64,000 nt of DNA from Eledone cirrhosa (GCA_964016885.1 OZ024740.1:338768001-338832000), one strand, 5' to 3'. Shown: positions 39,787 to 53,113, counted from the stretch's first letter. Translations and numbers: made by a program. Notes: generated from the letters alone by a model not told the origin.

Positions 39787-39977
39787 AGGGTGCTGGATTG
39801 GCAATATCGGTAGAGGGTCGGACGCTATGCTTTGCAGCATAGAGTTTCGGCCCTTTACGTTCCGAGTTCAAATCTCGCCGAGGTTAACTTTGCCTTTCAT
39901 CCTTACGGGGTCGATAAAACAAAGTACCAGTAATATACTGGGTAATTGCTGGCCTTGTGCCAAAAGCAGAAACAGTT
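39787..39977 (+). mobile_element. tRNA-derived SINE, main family
   Basis: Reverse-complement match to 28819-29007. Confidence 0.85.
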
Positions 39978-40261
39978 ATTATCATCGTTACTATCATCAT
40001 GACTCCCCTTATATCGTTACCACCACCACCACCATTGTCATCAACACCATATCCATCGCTATCATTACCACCATCCCCATGAACATCTTTACCATCACCA
40101 CAAACGCTACCGTTACCATGATTATCACCGTCCCCATCGTTACTACGGTCGCCATTGTTACCATCATCACCATCATTAACATCATCCCAGCCCTAGCATT
40201 CTCATCACCATCATTACTGTCATCATCATCATCATCTCAACATGCCATTTCCATCAAAATT

Positions 40262-40620
40262 ATTATCACCATCACCATCATAACCCTCATCACCATCAAC
40301 ATAATTGTCATTATCACCACCATCACCATCATAACCCTCATCACCATCAACATAATTGTCATTATCACCACCATCACCATCATAATCCTCATCACCATCA
40401 ACATAATTGTCATTATCACCACCATCACCATCATAACCCTCATCACCATCAACATAATTGTCATTATCACCACCATCACCATCATAACCCTCATCACCAT
40501 CAACATAATTGTCATTATCACCACCATCACCATCATAACCCTCCTCACCATCAACATAATTGTCATTATCACCACCATCACCATCATAACCCTCATCACC
40601 ATCAACATAATTATCATTAT
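40262..40620. repeat. 51-bp minisatellite, about 7 copies, built from CAT/CAC triplets
   Basis: ATAATTGTC recurs every 51 bp (40301, 40352 and onward). Confidence 0.9.
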
Positions 40621-40884
40621 CACCATCAGCATCACTATCACTACTATCATTATCACCCTCACCATCATTATCACCACCATCGTTATCGTTATCCCACCAT
40701 CACCATTGTCGTTACAACTATCACCGCCATTGCCATTACTACATCACCACCATGACCATCAACAGGCTCGACGTGTTTTTACCTCCACACACTACGAGTC
40801 AAAATAACAAAAATCCTACAAAAGCAACAAAGGAAGCAGTTAATATTGAAACCAACCACAATAACAGACCCATGCCTTTGTGTG

Positions 40885-41221
40885 TATATATGTATGGTCC
40901 CGTAACTCCTGATAAAGTCGCAGGGGCACCGTATTGACACGGCGTTTCTTGGGCATATTAAGACTGGCGGAGCCCGTCCCTCTCCAGGCCTGAGTACAGC
41001 AGATTTCGTCCAGAGAAAGATAAAAAGTGGGAGAGGGGAAATGAGAAAGAGATATAGAGGAAGAATCGGTCCCAGTACTAGACTGGTACTTTTTTATCGA
41101 CCCCGAAACGATGAACGGTAGAGTTGACCTCGGCCGATTTGAACTCAGAGAGCAGAGAGCCGGAACGAATTCCATAAAGCATTCTATCCGACGTTCTAAC
41201 GACTCCACAAATTCGCCGCCT
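40885..41221 (-). mobile_element. SINE variant with an alternative long 3' tail
   Basis: A SINE head and core at 41080-41221 are joined to a tail also seen at 43160-43340 and 49865-49975. Confidence 0.65.
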
Positions 41222-41799
41222 ATATATATGTATATTCTGTCAATGACTCTTCAAAATTGGCACATACAAACATATCCAAACATACCCACAATGTATTTCC
41301 TATCTGTCATATTCTTACAATAAGAAGTTCGCTTTTCAATCCCAAGTTCCTATAAATAGTTATTTCTACGAAGCTAATCATACTTATAATCTTGTTTTTC
41401 ATTTGTACATATATGATGAACATTTATGTAATTATATCCTAAAAATGAATTACTAAACTATCATTCTTATCTTTTTTCACTTAGGCCTGTGGATAATCAA
41501 CATAAATTCTAGGATTCCTATTATGCAAACCATTAACTTATCAAAACACAAATTTCCAAGTTTGTATGTTTGTTCATATATACAGTAATCCTGGTTGGTA
41601 TATATGGCATACCAATCCTGGACTGCACAAATCCAATACGTTCAACGCTATTGCCGTCATTATTACAGCACTGGGCCACCATTATAAACATATTGGAGGG
41701 AATCAGCAAATTTTAACTGCTTCCTAGATGTTAGGAAGTGACAGAAACCACATTTACTTGGAGCATTATATCATACCACACTACTTAATTCTCTACTTA

Positions 41800-42530
41800 A
41801 CATCATTCTACCTCAATAAACTGTAAAATACATCCATTACATCACTATACTAAAGTAAACTCCACACTACTGCTCTTTAAAACATACCACACTACCATAT
41901 TAAACTATACAACATATTACACGACAGCATTAAAATACTACTATACTAAACTATTCACTAAACCACTACACCACACTATCACACTACTATATTAAATTAT
42001 ACAACACATATACCACACTATCACACTACTATACTAAACTATACACCACAAAAACACCAGACTACACCACACTAATATATTAAACTATAAACCACACTAC
42101 CACACTGCTGCACTAATCCATACACTGCACTGCCACACTATGCGCCCTATTACCACACAACTGTATTAAACTATACACCACACCACTATACTAAACTATA
42201 CAAGACTACCACATTATTTTACTGAACTATACATTATACAACTACACCTCGCTGCACTACACAACCATACTAAACTATACACCACACCACTACACCACAC
42301 TACTATACTAAACTATACACTACACCACTACACCACAATACTACACTACTATAGTGAACTATACACCACAATACCACACTGCTGTACTAAACTATTCACC
42401 ACACCTCTACATTACACTACTACACCACTATCTATACTGAACTATACACCACATCACAACACCACTTTACTGAACTACAGAACTGTCTTATATATTATTA
42501 TACTATTATTATACTAAACAAGAACTTACT
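41800..42530. repeat. Degenerate pentamer-based minisatellite (ACACC/ACACT/ACTAT)
   Basis: Recurrent ACTATACTAAACTATACACCAC motifs. Confidence 0.8.
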
Positions 42531-42904
42531 CTACACTAGTGATCGGTAAATATTTTGGAGCCGTGCCAGTTGAGAAAGGTTTTAGATCTTGCGGGTCAAA
42601 GCAAATAAAAAATGAAACCATTGATTATACAAGGTAATGGAAACATTTCTTTAAAAATACTTTAATGTTTTTCAATATAAACATTTAACGTTGAATAAAG
42701 TGTTCTTTGCCAGTGATAAAATGAATAACCAAAAGTAGACATTTCTTAATACCATACTACAGCCGTCACCCGAGTATGACCAGACTTTCACAAAGTGGTT
42801 TAGATGCCCGTGCAGTCATCAGCAGACACAGACATGTTAACGACGTACCTATATTATTAGTCGTTAAAATCAAATGCCAAGTTATAAATGGTATTTAAAA
42901 CTTA

Positions 42905-43085
42905 GCGTTTAGGTGGACTATTTTGAGCGACAGAATGGACACTAAGGTATTGGAGAAGAACCAGAGGGCAACCAAAGGCAAGATGGCGCGAGGATCTGAC
43001 CCAAAATCTCGACCCCACATGGCTGAATATAGCAAGCGGTAGAGGTCAACCAGGGATGAGTTCCTCTAGCGGGAGTGAGAAGGTC
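42905..43085 (+). mobile_element. Old RTE-like LINE 3' relic
   Basis: Translates TEWTLRYWRRTRGQPKARWREDL, resembling the RTE C-terminal motif TEWxPxxxKRxRGRPxxRWxD. Confidence 0.55.
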
Positions 43086-43589
43086 CTGGATTTTGAATAA
43101 TATAAGGATGTATATGTATGTGTGTATACTAGAAGACGAAATTGGATGATGTATATGGTATCGTATGGTCTCGTAACTCCTGATGGAATCATAGGGGCAC
43201 CGTATTTACATATAGCGTTTCTTGGGCATTTTAAGCCTGGCGGAGCCCATCCTTCTCCAGGCCGTAGGGCAGCAGATTTTTTCCAAAGAAGGATAGAAAG
43301 TGACAGAGAGGAAATGAGAAAGAAATATGGAAGAATAATCGACCCCAGTACTAGACTAGTAGTTTATTTATCGACCTCGACAGATTGATAGGCAAAGTTA
43401 ACCTCAGCGGGATTTGAACTCAGAGACCAGGAACGAATACCATTAAGCACTCTATTGGATGATGTAATTCCCCCAGATATAAACGATTAAACGATATATA
43501 TATATTCTTTATATCTGGGGTGGGGTGGGGGGTGCTACATCATCCAACCTTTTCTTACACACACACACACAGACAGGCACACACGCATC

Positions 43590-43620
<31 letters not shown>

Positions 43621-43760
43621 GTATATATATATGTAGGAGGTGAGTTTTATTGTAGTACAATAAAGCAATGCAGATATCGGATAATAAGCACTCTACAGTT
43701 TGTAGGACTGGAGTATACATAATATATAAGAACAAAAGATGGTTAAAAGAGTTCCATGTA

Positions 43761-43827
43761 TTTTATTATGCGCATTTCAAAAACAAATATCATCATGCAA
43801 TAATATTTGTGTTTTCATCAGATAAAA
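43761..43827 (-). ncRNA. Minimal type I hammerhead ribozyme (mirror copy)
   Basis: The other arm of the palindrome carries the same motif. Confidence 0.8.
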
Positions 43828-43949
43828 CATGAAGACATGATATGAAGGTTAAAAAACACTTGTGGATAGTTCAGTTTTAAATCAATATATGTTGATTTAA
43901 AACTGAACTATCCACAAGTGTTTTTTAACCTTCATATCATGTCTTCATG

Positions 43950-44016
43950 TTTTATCTGATGAAAACACAAATATTATTGCATGATGATATTTGTTTTTGA
44001 AATGCGCATAATAAAA
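43950..44016 (+). ncRNA. Minimal type I hammerhead ribozyme
   Basis: TTTTAT-CTGATGA-(long stem II ACAAATAT/ATATTTGT)-GAAA-TgcgcA-TA-ATAAAA, with predicted cleavage after 44010. Confidence 0.8.
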
Positions 44017-44046
44017 TACATGGAACTCTTTTAACCATCTTTTGTT

Positions 44047-44120
<74 letters not shown>

Positions 44121-44404
44121 TGTGTGTGTGTGTGTGCGTGCTTGTATATTTATAAATAAATATATAAACATATATATGTATATATATATATATTTCGTTT
44201 CTGAATTTGTTTAGCAAGATTCTTTATCTGAAAACGTGTGTTGAAACCGATATTGTTATACTTTGGGAGGGTCATGTTGCCAATAAGAAACACACGCACC
44301 AGTTGCTTCACTCCAATTTATTATAAATTAAATTTATAAATTTAAGAATTTATAAATTTCCGGTTGGTTGGTTGGTTCCATAACCAGACGGTTGTTCATA
44401 TATT

Positions 44405-44447
44405 GTCAAAGTTCTTTCGTCACACATTCTGAGACCTCTTCAGTGAC
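44405..44447 (-). ncRNA. Probable degenerate minimal hammerhead
   Basis: GTCA-CTGAAGA-gGTC..GAC-GAAA-GaaC-TT-TGAC on the minus strand, beside a PLE endonuclease fragment. Confidence 0.5.
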
Positions 44448-44799
44448 TGGCGATTCTTTTCTTTGTTTTTGTGCCTCTCCTTTGTTCTGTCCTACGCCAT
44501 CTTGTTTTTGTGTGTGTTGCGTTCTTAGTTTGCGCATGTGTTACATCCGGGTGTCTGTGTGTGTTTATATTTGTTTATTTATTTATTTGTTTATTTACAT
44601 GTTACTGGTTGGTTTTTAGCTTAGAAATTTAGAAGGGCCCTAGATAAACATAAACTTAATATTAAGATAGTAGAAAGACCAGGTACCTCCATAAAAACAC
44701 TTATTAGCAATACATACCCTTTTCAAAGACCTCCCTGTATAGATAAAAAATGCATAATCTGTAAACGAAGCCCCCATATTAACTGTAAAACTAGAATGT

Positions 44800-45118
44800 A
44801 ATATATAGCATAAGATGTACTGAAGGACAATGTAAAGATAAGAATATAGTGTACATAGGTGAGACCGCTCGTAGTATAGGAGAACGGTTAAATGAACACT
44901 GGCGAGACCTTCAAGATAGTAAAGAATCATCTGTACTCTACCAACATGCTAAAATAGAACATAAGGGCAAATTAGAGAACATAGAAATAAAAATAGAATC
45001 TACACACAGAAAAGACGCAATGTTTAGACAAATCACAGAGGCAATAAACATAAATGAACTCCAACCAAAATTAAATAGAAAACATGAATGGAATAGCAAC
45101 ATTACAACTTACAATTAA
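44800..45118 (+). pseudogene. Penelope-like element GIY-YIG endonuclease C-terminal fragment
   Basis: YIGETARSIGERLNEH...HAKIEH...RQITEAININELQPKLNRKHEW. Confidence 0.88.
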
Positions 45119-45170
45119 AGACAACATGAAAGCACACACATAGAACAAACAACCAACCAGTAACATGTTA

Positions 45171-45241
<71 letters not shown>

Positions 45242-45264
45242 ATAAAAAACAACAATACAATATA

Positions 45265-45342
45265 ATTACCTCATTACCAGAGGTTTCCAGAATAAGGCGA
45301 ATACGAAAGAAACGTCTTCATTCGTTCGTCGGACGAGGCAAT
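45265..45342 (-). ncRNA. Hammerhead-like motif with a non-canonical core (CCGACGA)
   Basis: A 10-bp stem I (ATTGCCTCGT/ATGAGGTAAT), a long stem II and GAAA-CCtctGG-TA. U4 is replaced by C, so it is probably inactive. Confidence 0.5.
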
Positions 45343-45376
45343 ATATTTTTCTGTTTTCAACGGAAACTTCAATACC

Positions 45377-45466
<90 letters not shown>

Positions 45467-45467
45467 C

Positions 45468-45672
45468 GCGGGGACATGAAAACACTCGGTTTGGTGTCCG
45501 AGTGCGTGGTTAGCCCAGTGGGAGTGCGATAGCCCTAGTTTCATTGTAGAAGGAAAACTCCAATGTTAAAACTTGCGACTCAATGACAGCCAATGATGCT
45601 GTCTTGTTATTTTTGGATACCTATCTCCGTTGTTCAGAGAATGAGATTCGTCCAGTGCAAAGCCTTTCACCA
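45468..45672 (+). mobile_element. Diverged RTE derivative, family B-like 5' part
   Basis: GCGGGGACAT head and the AGAAGGAAAACTCC motif. Confidence 0.6.
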
Positions 45673-46524
45673 CTTAATATATATATTTCGTCAGGTGAGA
45701 ACCGTTCTAACTCTTCATTTATCTCACTCGGTTTACGCTTCTTCTTTTGTTTATATTACTTGATTCTATTGGTTGGACTCTGCTGCTCATTTTTTGCTCT
45801 TGTTTTCTCTATTAAAGCGTTTACTGTGATTGTTTCTTTAATGTTTGATTTCAAATTTGTTTTATATCGTTGTTCTTTTATTTACCTAGAAGCGTTTATT
45901 CAAGTTTTGGCCAGACAATTGATTGCTAATATTCTGTATTTTATAGTTTTCTTGTTTTTGTTTATATACTTATTTGTCTATATACTTTATTCGTAGCTTG
46001 AAGAATTCTTTTTCTTTGGATCGTTTGGTATATCCCTTGTTTATTAAATTCACTTGATTTTATAAAAATGATTATTGCTTTTTTATTTACACGTACGTTT
46101 ATATTTATTAGCAAACGGAAGAATAGAATAATGTAAGTATTAAAATAGTAATAATCAGGAAGAGAGAAAAAAGAGAGAAAAAATTGTAGGAAATAAAAAT
46201 TCCATGATGTAAAAAGGAGAAGGAAAGGTGGAGGCAAACTCTACATCCCTGGCTGAGCGGTAAATCTCAACTGCTCTCTGTGGACAAGATGGCGGAAGCA
46301 GTGCTGCAGAGAACAGCCAGCGACACCCGCTGCATCATTATTGTTAAACACATTTCCTGCTTATAGAAATGCTTGCATTTTACAGTACGTTGGTCATATA
46401 TTGTTTTCCTTGTTTTCATTTTATGGTATGGTGATTTTGGTGGATAGTATTTTATGGTTCGTTGGTCATACATATTTATTGTTTTTATTATTATGGTCTA
46501 GTGGTTTTAGTAGTTAGAAATATG

Positions 46525-46574
<50 letters not shown>

Positions 46575-46849
46575 AAGCAAGTATCGTAATTTGTCACGCT
46601 ATGGTTATTACCTATCTGCCATTATGTAATATATAAAAACTTTCTCCCTTGTTATAATCCCTCTACTGTTATGAAATATATGAACGACAATTCCCGATAT
46701 ATCCCCACTCTGTAAATTTAAGGTAAATATAACCAGTGTTTTGGAATTAAACTTACAATTATACGTTGTTTTCTAGCATAGATATTTATAATTTAAATAC
46801 GTCATCAAACATGCACGTCATATAAATTAGAATTTGCAAATTATATATA

Positions 46850-47231
46850 ACGGTTTCTTATATAGGCACAATGCCAGCAATTTTGGGGGAGGGGAAAGTC
46901 GATTAAATAAACCCAGTGCGTGACTGGTACTTTATTTTATCGACCTTGTAAGGATGAAAGGCAAAGTTAACCTCGGCGGGATTTGAACTCAGATCACAAA
47001 GGGCCGTAACTCTATTATGCTGCAAAGCTTGGCGTCCGACTGTCTACCGATACTGCCAATCCACCGCCCTTTGCAAATTATATATAATTGTTTCTACTTC
47101 TGGCACAAGGCCAGCAATTATCCCAGTGTATTACTGGTACTTTATTTTATCGACCCCGCGGTATTTGAACTCAGATCATAAAGGACCGTAACTGTTTGCT
47201 GCAAAGCATGGGACCCGACTCTCTACCGATA
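46850..47231 (-). mobile_element. Two tandem main-family SINE copies
   Basis: 46850-47069 is full length and 47086-47231 is internally deleted. Confidence 0.8.
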
Positions 47232-48783
47232 GGTATAACTAGGATATAGCCAGCATGGCACATGCCATAGGCACCACCTGAAGGGGACGCCACTTGGACT
47301 ATGAGCATTTTCTATAAAAGTCAGATAAGCTATCGCCGGAGAGTGAAAAAAGAAACTTCTTTAAATGTATGATCGTCTTTGATTATCATGGATAAGAAGC
47401 ACAATATATATAATGTATTAGGTCCAATAGTAGAGGCACAATTTCATTGCTTGTCACAAACACCATTTCTCCTACTTTCGCTTCCGCTTATGATTAAGCC
47501 TGATATATTTACCTACTGTCATATAATTGTTTTCAACTAGGGTGTTGAGAATCAACATAGAAGCGTCTACAGTGACGGTGGGGTGATTTGGCATGCTAGT
47601 CTGCTCAAATCTCAAATATATTGAACAACATAGAAATATACGAACATAAGTGGCATAGGATGGAATGAGGGCTGAACAATAATACCTCAGAGTCAACCTA
47701 AAAGTCTTTTTCATATATTTTATTATTGTATTGTGCAGCCTAGAGGTTTGGGTGTTAAGTTCACAATGAGGCTGTGAATCTGATTTTCAGATGGGGCGAC
47801 ATGGTGTGTCTCCGAGCAAAGAACTATTTCACGTTACTTTATCCAAACAAAGTTAGAGAGGAAGAGCAAGGACTACTAGACAAAGGAAGAAAGAAAGGAA
47901 GAAGAGGAGAGGGTCACAGACACTCCACCCGCGGATAAAATGGCAGTGGAATTTCCGTGGACAATGGCCAGTCACAAACGCTGCAACAGCCACCCCACCT
48001 CGCGGGGTTCCTTTCTCAGACAAGCTGCTACGCGTACACACACATATATAGACAGAAAGTAAAACGAAGTAACAAGGAGAAAAAGAACAAGAAGACGGAA
48101 GATGCTGCCAATGTGAATAAAGTCAGTACATTACATTTCGAGGTACGTTCTTTTTCAGAAAGTACAGAAAGAAAAAAATGCAAGAAACCAAGAAAAAATT
48201 ATAGACGCCAGTCATACGCGCACGCACATACACTTACATGCCGGGCTTCCATACAATTTCTACCAATTTCACTCACAATGGATTGATCAACAAAAATTGG
48301 TTAACCAACATTTTTTAAAAATATTTTTAAACATACACATCCTCTTGCCGAGAGTGGGATCATAGTTATATGAGGAGTGTTACTATAGTGAGTCATATAT
48401 ATTGTATGGGTATAATATATGAAAACTGAAAAAAAACGGAGAATATCCTGTTGAAAATGTAACGTAATTAATATTGAACTTGGATCAATGACAAGTGGTG
48501 ATGTATTATAGTAAGGCAACATTGGAATATATCATGTTGTGAGTAATTTCTAACTGACTACATTTCCATCGAATCATACTCTACGTTCTTAAAAACAGCG
48601 AAGGATATATTAGATAATTTAATCCTAGATACCACTAAATAGACAAACTGACCTTGGCTTGAATGTCTTGGATCATAGATCGACTCATTCTTAGTTCAAC
48701 CGAGGATACGCGACAACAACAAAATCAAACATGTTTATACTATAACCTTTTCATAACCATATTTCTAACAAGAATTATCAAAA

Positions 48784-48866
48784 TACGTGGGTCGGCTGAA
48801 AAGTCCATCGACTGACCAAGATACTCTCATGGAATGACCAAATGAGGTTTATTTTTTAACATAGTC
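48784..48866 (+). mobile_element. Mariner-like terminal inverted repeat fragment
   Basis: TACGTGGGTCGGCTGAAAAGT resembles mariner termini (TACGAGGG...AAAAGT). No partner end is visible. Confidence 0.45.
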
Positions 48867-48914
48867 GCTGGAAAGAAACAATGCAGTTATCTATAAGAAG
48901 AGTTGAAATTAATG

Positions 48915-49163
48915 CATGCAACGGACAAAACCAACCGACAGAAGACCTAGGGGTAAAACCCGAGCAAGATGGTTGGGTAATATCCATGAACTTGGTTGGT
49001 CTCGCTTGGGGATCCAACCGGATCAGTTGGAAACCGTTGCTTCTAACAGGACCCGCTGGAAGGAGTGTCTGAGGACTCTGCCCCCACGACCCTCGCAGGA
49101 ATAAGTGGGTGAAGAAGAAGAAGAAGAAGAAGAAGAAGAAGAAGAAGAAGAAGAAGAAGAAGA
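48915..49163 (+). mobile_element. RTE-type LINE 3' end with a (GAA)n tail
   Basis: RRPRGKTRARWLGNIHELGWSRLG, matching 36150-36365. Confidence 0.85.
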
Positions 49164-49325
49164 TTTCACACCTCTAGCATCACTCCTCCATAGTCAGTCT
49201 ATGAACATTTCAGTTGGCCATCGTAATCAACAATTGGGAGAGTTAGTGAAATAACCAACTTTCAACTTAATAACGAAAGGCAAATATTTAAGTACGGAAA
49301 TCAAATATTGACTGGTATGTAATAA

Positions 49326-49552
49326 TGGTTTCTTATTTAGGCACAAGGCCAGCAATTTTTCTTTGGGATTGGGGGGTGGGGGTCGATTAAATCGACCCTA
49401 GTTCGTTATTGGTACTTTATTTTATTGACCCCGTAAGGATGAAAGGCAAAGCTAACCTCGGCAGGATTTGAACTGAGAAAGTAAAGGGCCATAACTCTGT
49501 GCCACAAAGCTTACTGTCCGACGCTCTACCGATACTGCTAATCTGCCGCCCT
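49326..49552 (-). mobile_element. tRNA-derived SINE, main family
   Basis: Matches 46850-47069. Confidence 0.8.
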
Positions 49553-50725
49553 TGGCTGGAATCTAATAATGAGATTTCAGTCCCAGGTTTAGATTTCGAT
49601 TTAAAAAAGTTTATTAAAGGCGAATTGTTATATTCAAAAGTATAAGGCAACAAGATAGTCTCTATGTGGCTGCTTGTCCTTCAAGAAATAGCAGCCATTT
49701 TCCTTCAAATAACAACCTACCATTTTAATTAAGGGAAGGATTCATTGTATAATGTAGTACTTTGTATTCGCCTAAAGACGTGATAGTTATGATTCCATTG
49801 TTGACACTTGCTGAGAAACACGACGGCACAGCATAAATAAATGCCTTGCTCCGAACCTCTGGTGAAATGGAACGCAGTCTTGGGCATTTTAAAACTAAGG
49901 GAGCTCATCTCTCCCCAGGTCTGAACACGGCTGATTTTCTTCCAGAGAGAGAGAGAGAGAATGGTAAGATGGAAGAGCAATGTTGACCTCGGCGAGATTT
50001 GAACTCGGAGCGCAGTGATCCTGAACGAATACTGCGAAGCATTCTAGCTGACATTTTAACCACTCAGTCAAATTGTTTCCTTATATCATACATATATGTT
50101 ACTACAAACCAACGTGGAAGTCTCTCTGCATAGTAATGTTTTGAACTGAATGCAAGGAAGATGGGTGTGGTGGGTGAGAAATGGTACTTGGACGTAGCAT
50201 TAGTTTCTACTTCGTCTTTCCTTCCTCACACCACAACACCTCCTTTTCAGTTTTGAGTCATGCTGACATCTCGGCCTACCTCCTTCGTCAGCAACAAACA
50301 TAGTGACATTTACTTCACTGTCCTACGGGAGTTGTCATCTCAAACAATTATGACCCCGGAGCATGATATGTTAAAGAGCTCTTGTTCTCGTCTCCTATCC
50401 TGTCTTTCCCTTCTCACTGAATCAATTTCTCTCTCACTCACTTCCCTCTCTCTCTATCCCGTTCTCTCTCATCCTCTTCCTTCTCTCAACCCCTTTCTCT
50501 CTCATTCTCTTCCCTTTCTTTATATTTTTCTCTCTCATTCTCTATCTTTCTCTCGTCACCTTCGCTCTTCATATCCACTTCAATATGATCCAAGTATCAC
50601 TGTAAAATGAAAGTGTAGCAGTATTAAAATGAAGATATTTCTTAAGAGTGCAACCATATTTCAACATTGAAAATAATTACAATATACATACACACACGCT
50701 CACATTATATACATATCTCTATATA

Positions 50726-50835
<110 letters not shown>

Positions 50836-50899
50836 GTATAGGATTATTATGTAAGCACACGGAATAAATTACCTTTTTATGATGTCTACCTGTTATTAT

Positions 50900-50958
<59 letters not shown>

Positions 50959-51158
50959 TACATATATGTATACATATATACATATATATATATGTATAAA
51001 TATATACATATATATATATGTGTACATATATATATGAAATGTGTGCGTCCCAATACAAATGAAGATAAATAATAGTTGAGAAATCGGATAAAGTACCCAT
51101 AGAGGCGAACATTTCTACCTTTCATAAAGAATGTTATTCATTTATTAATTTATATATA

Positions 51159-51216
<58 letters not shown>

Positions 51217-51474
51217 CACGTACATACATATATGTATACAGACGCACAGTAGTATGTATATATATATACATACATGCTCCCATATATATATGTACGTATG
51301 GATTCACCGAATATTTATTATAATGCTCGGTGTGTTTGTAAACCACCAGAGGGCGTTAGCCCCTGTGATTTTTGCATAGCTACTGCTTTCTAAATGTTTA
51401 CCAGTAAATATACCGTGTTTCTTAGAAATACAAAATGTGTATACATATCTGTATACAGCTATGCCTGAAGCTAA

Positions 51475-51512
<38 letters not shown>

Positions 51513-51516
51513 CATA

Positions 51517-52188
51517 CGGAAAAAATGAAACGAAATTTCATTTCCCACTCTTAGTACGGCTGTTACTTAAGTATAAGTATATACACGTACATAGATATAT
51601 GTATACAGACGTACAGTAGTATGTATATATATATATACATACATGCACACATATATATATATATATGTACGTATGGATTCACCGAACATTTATTATAATG
51701 CTCGGTGTGTTTGTAAACAAACATCCCGCATTAAGCCGTAGTGTCTAGCAACCATCGTTGCTCGTTTGTTAAACACTGACAAAGGAACGCTGTACTAGTT
51801 CCAAGCTTATTAGCTATCGTCAGCTACGTATACCTTCCTGCCAGATTGTTGAACGTATATCCTTACCTTATGCATATTAACGGCAATCTAACAGCGATAG
51901 CTAATAAGCTTGAAACTAGTACAGCGTTCCTTTGTCAGTGTTTAACAAACGAGCAACGATGGTTGCTAGACACTACGGCTTAATATGGGATGTTTGTTTA
52001 CAAACACACCGAGCATTATAATAAATGTTCGGGGAATCCATACGTACATATATATATGTGTGCATGTATGTATATATATATACATACTACTGTACGTCTG
52101 TATACATATATGTATGTACGTGTACATACTTATATTTAAGTAACAGCCGTGCTAAGAGTGGGAAATGAAATTTCGTTTCATTTTTTCC

Positions 52189-52191
<3 letters not shown>
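51517..52191. repeat. Inverted repeat with arms of about 300 bp from a hammerhead-bearing element
   Basis: 51517-51819 pairs with 51894-52191. Further copies lie at 51213-51343 and 59310-59750. Confidence 0.9.
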
Positions 52192-52234
<43 letters not shown>

Positions 52235-52238
52235 ATAC

Positions 52239-52271
<33 letters not shown>

Positions 52272-52348
52272 ACGAAGGAAATGTGGTAAGGAACCAGGTG
52301 GACCATAACGCACCAAAGTACTCAATACTTGAGGTAGTAGAGTGGGTA

Positions 52349-52466
52349 ATAGGAACCAGTAAGACCCCGACAGCTGAGCTCAAGCCGTTTCGACGGCTAA
52401 TTCTGGACTCAGTCCAGAATTAGCCGTCGAAACGGCTTGAGCTCAGCTGTCGGGGTCTTACTGGTT

Positions 52467-52471
<5 letters not shown>
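52349..52471. repeat. Perfect palindrome with 61-bp arms and a 1-nt centre
   Basis: The centre is GGACT-C-AGTCC at 52410. Confidence 0.95.
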
Positions 52472-52502
<31 letters not shown>

Positions 52503-52659
52503 TTAGTTTCAGACATAGCTGTATACAGAAATGTATACACATTTTGTATTTCTAAAGAAACACGGTATATTTACTGGTAAACATTTAGGAAGCAGTAGCT
52601 ATTCAAAAAACACCGGGGCTAACGCCCTCTTGTGGTGTCTAGCAGAAACAAGGTTGACA

Positions 52660-52703
52660 ATCGTCGATGCATTTCAGACTTCACTAGTCTTCATCAGAAC
52701 GAT
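52660..52703 (-). ncRNA. Minimal type I hammerhead ribozyme
   Basis: ATCGTT-CTGATGA-AGACT agtga AGTCT-GAAA-TgcA-TC-GACGAT. Confidence 0.82.
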
Positions 52704-53006
52704 CCCTCCCACACTTGAGACTGCTGAACTTGAAAACAGTCGAGAATATATAGTTTTCTCCTCTCTCTATATATATATAGACGGTGATTTCTCTCGAATG
52801 AAACAGTTCTAGTCCTGTAGAAGCCATTTATATATATATATATATTGAAATTGGTGCTCTGAAATAGCGATATATATATGAATGTATATATAGTGTATTT
52901 TGCAATACACTGTATGCTTAATTAAAAGCATTTTGAAGACGTTACGCTATTGTTTTAAAGTAGCGACAGTGTCACTTACTTCAATTTTCAGCAAACAAGG
53001 GGAGAT

Positions 53007-53053
53007 AAGCTGACAGAGCTCTGTTTCGTGCTTGTTGGTACTTATCAAAGCTC
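53007..53053 (-). ncRNA. Minimal hammerhead, U3:A8 core variant (second copy of the 29540 family)
   Basis: GAGCT-TTGATAA-GTAC caacaa GCAC-GAAA-CAG agct CTG-TC-AGCTT. Confidence 0.7.
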
Positions 53054-53113
53054 ACTACTCCTCCTGTTTGATGAAAATTATGAATGTTGAATTCTTATAG
53101 AATTCCAGTAATA

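Larger units (their letters stand above)
43722..44055. repeat. Near-perfect palindrome with 164-bp arms
   Basis: 43722-43885 is the reverse complement of 43892-44055. The centre reads TATATG. Confidence 0.95.

Noticed and set aside
38176-40807. 349-aa Pro/Thr/His ORF and 365-aa Ile/Thr ORF
   Set aside because: Both are trinucleotide-repeat low complexity, and the second reads through a SINE.
46284-46365. AAGATGGCGG start or YY1-like motif as a host first exon
   Set aside because: The frame closes after about 25 codons and no convincing splice donor or downstream exons are visible.
52405-52450. GAAACGGCTTGAGCTC as part of a hammerhead
   Set aside because: No CUGANGA core is present and stem III does not close properly.
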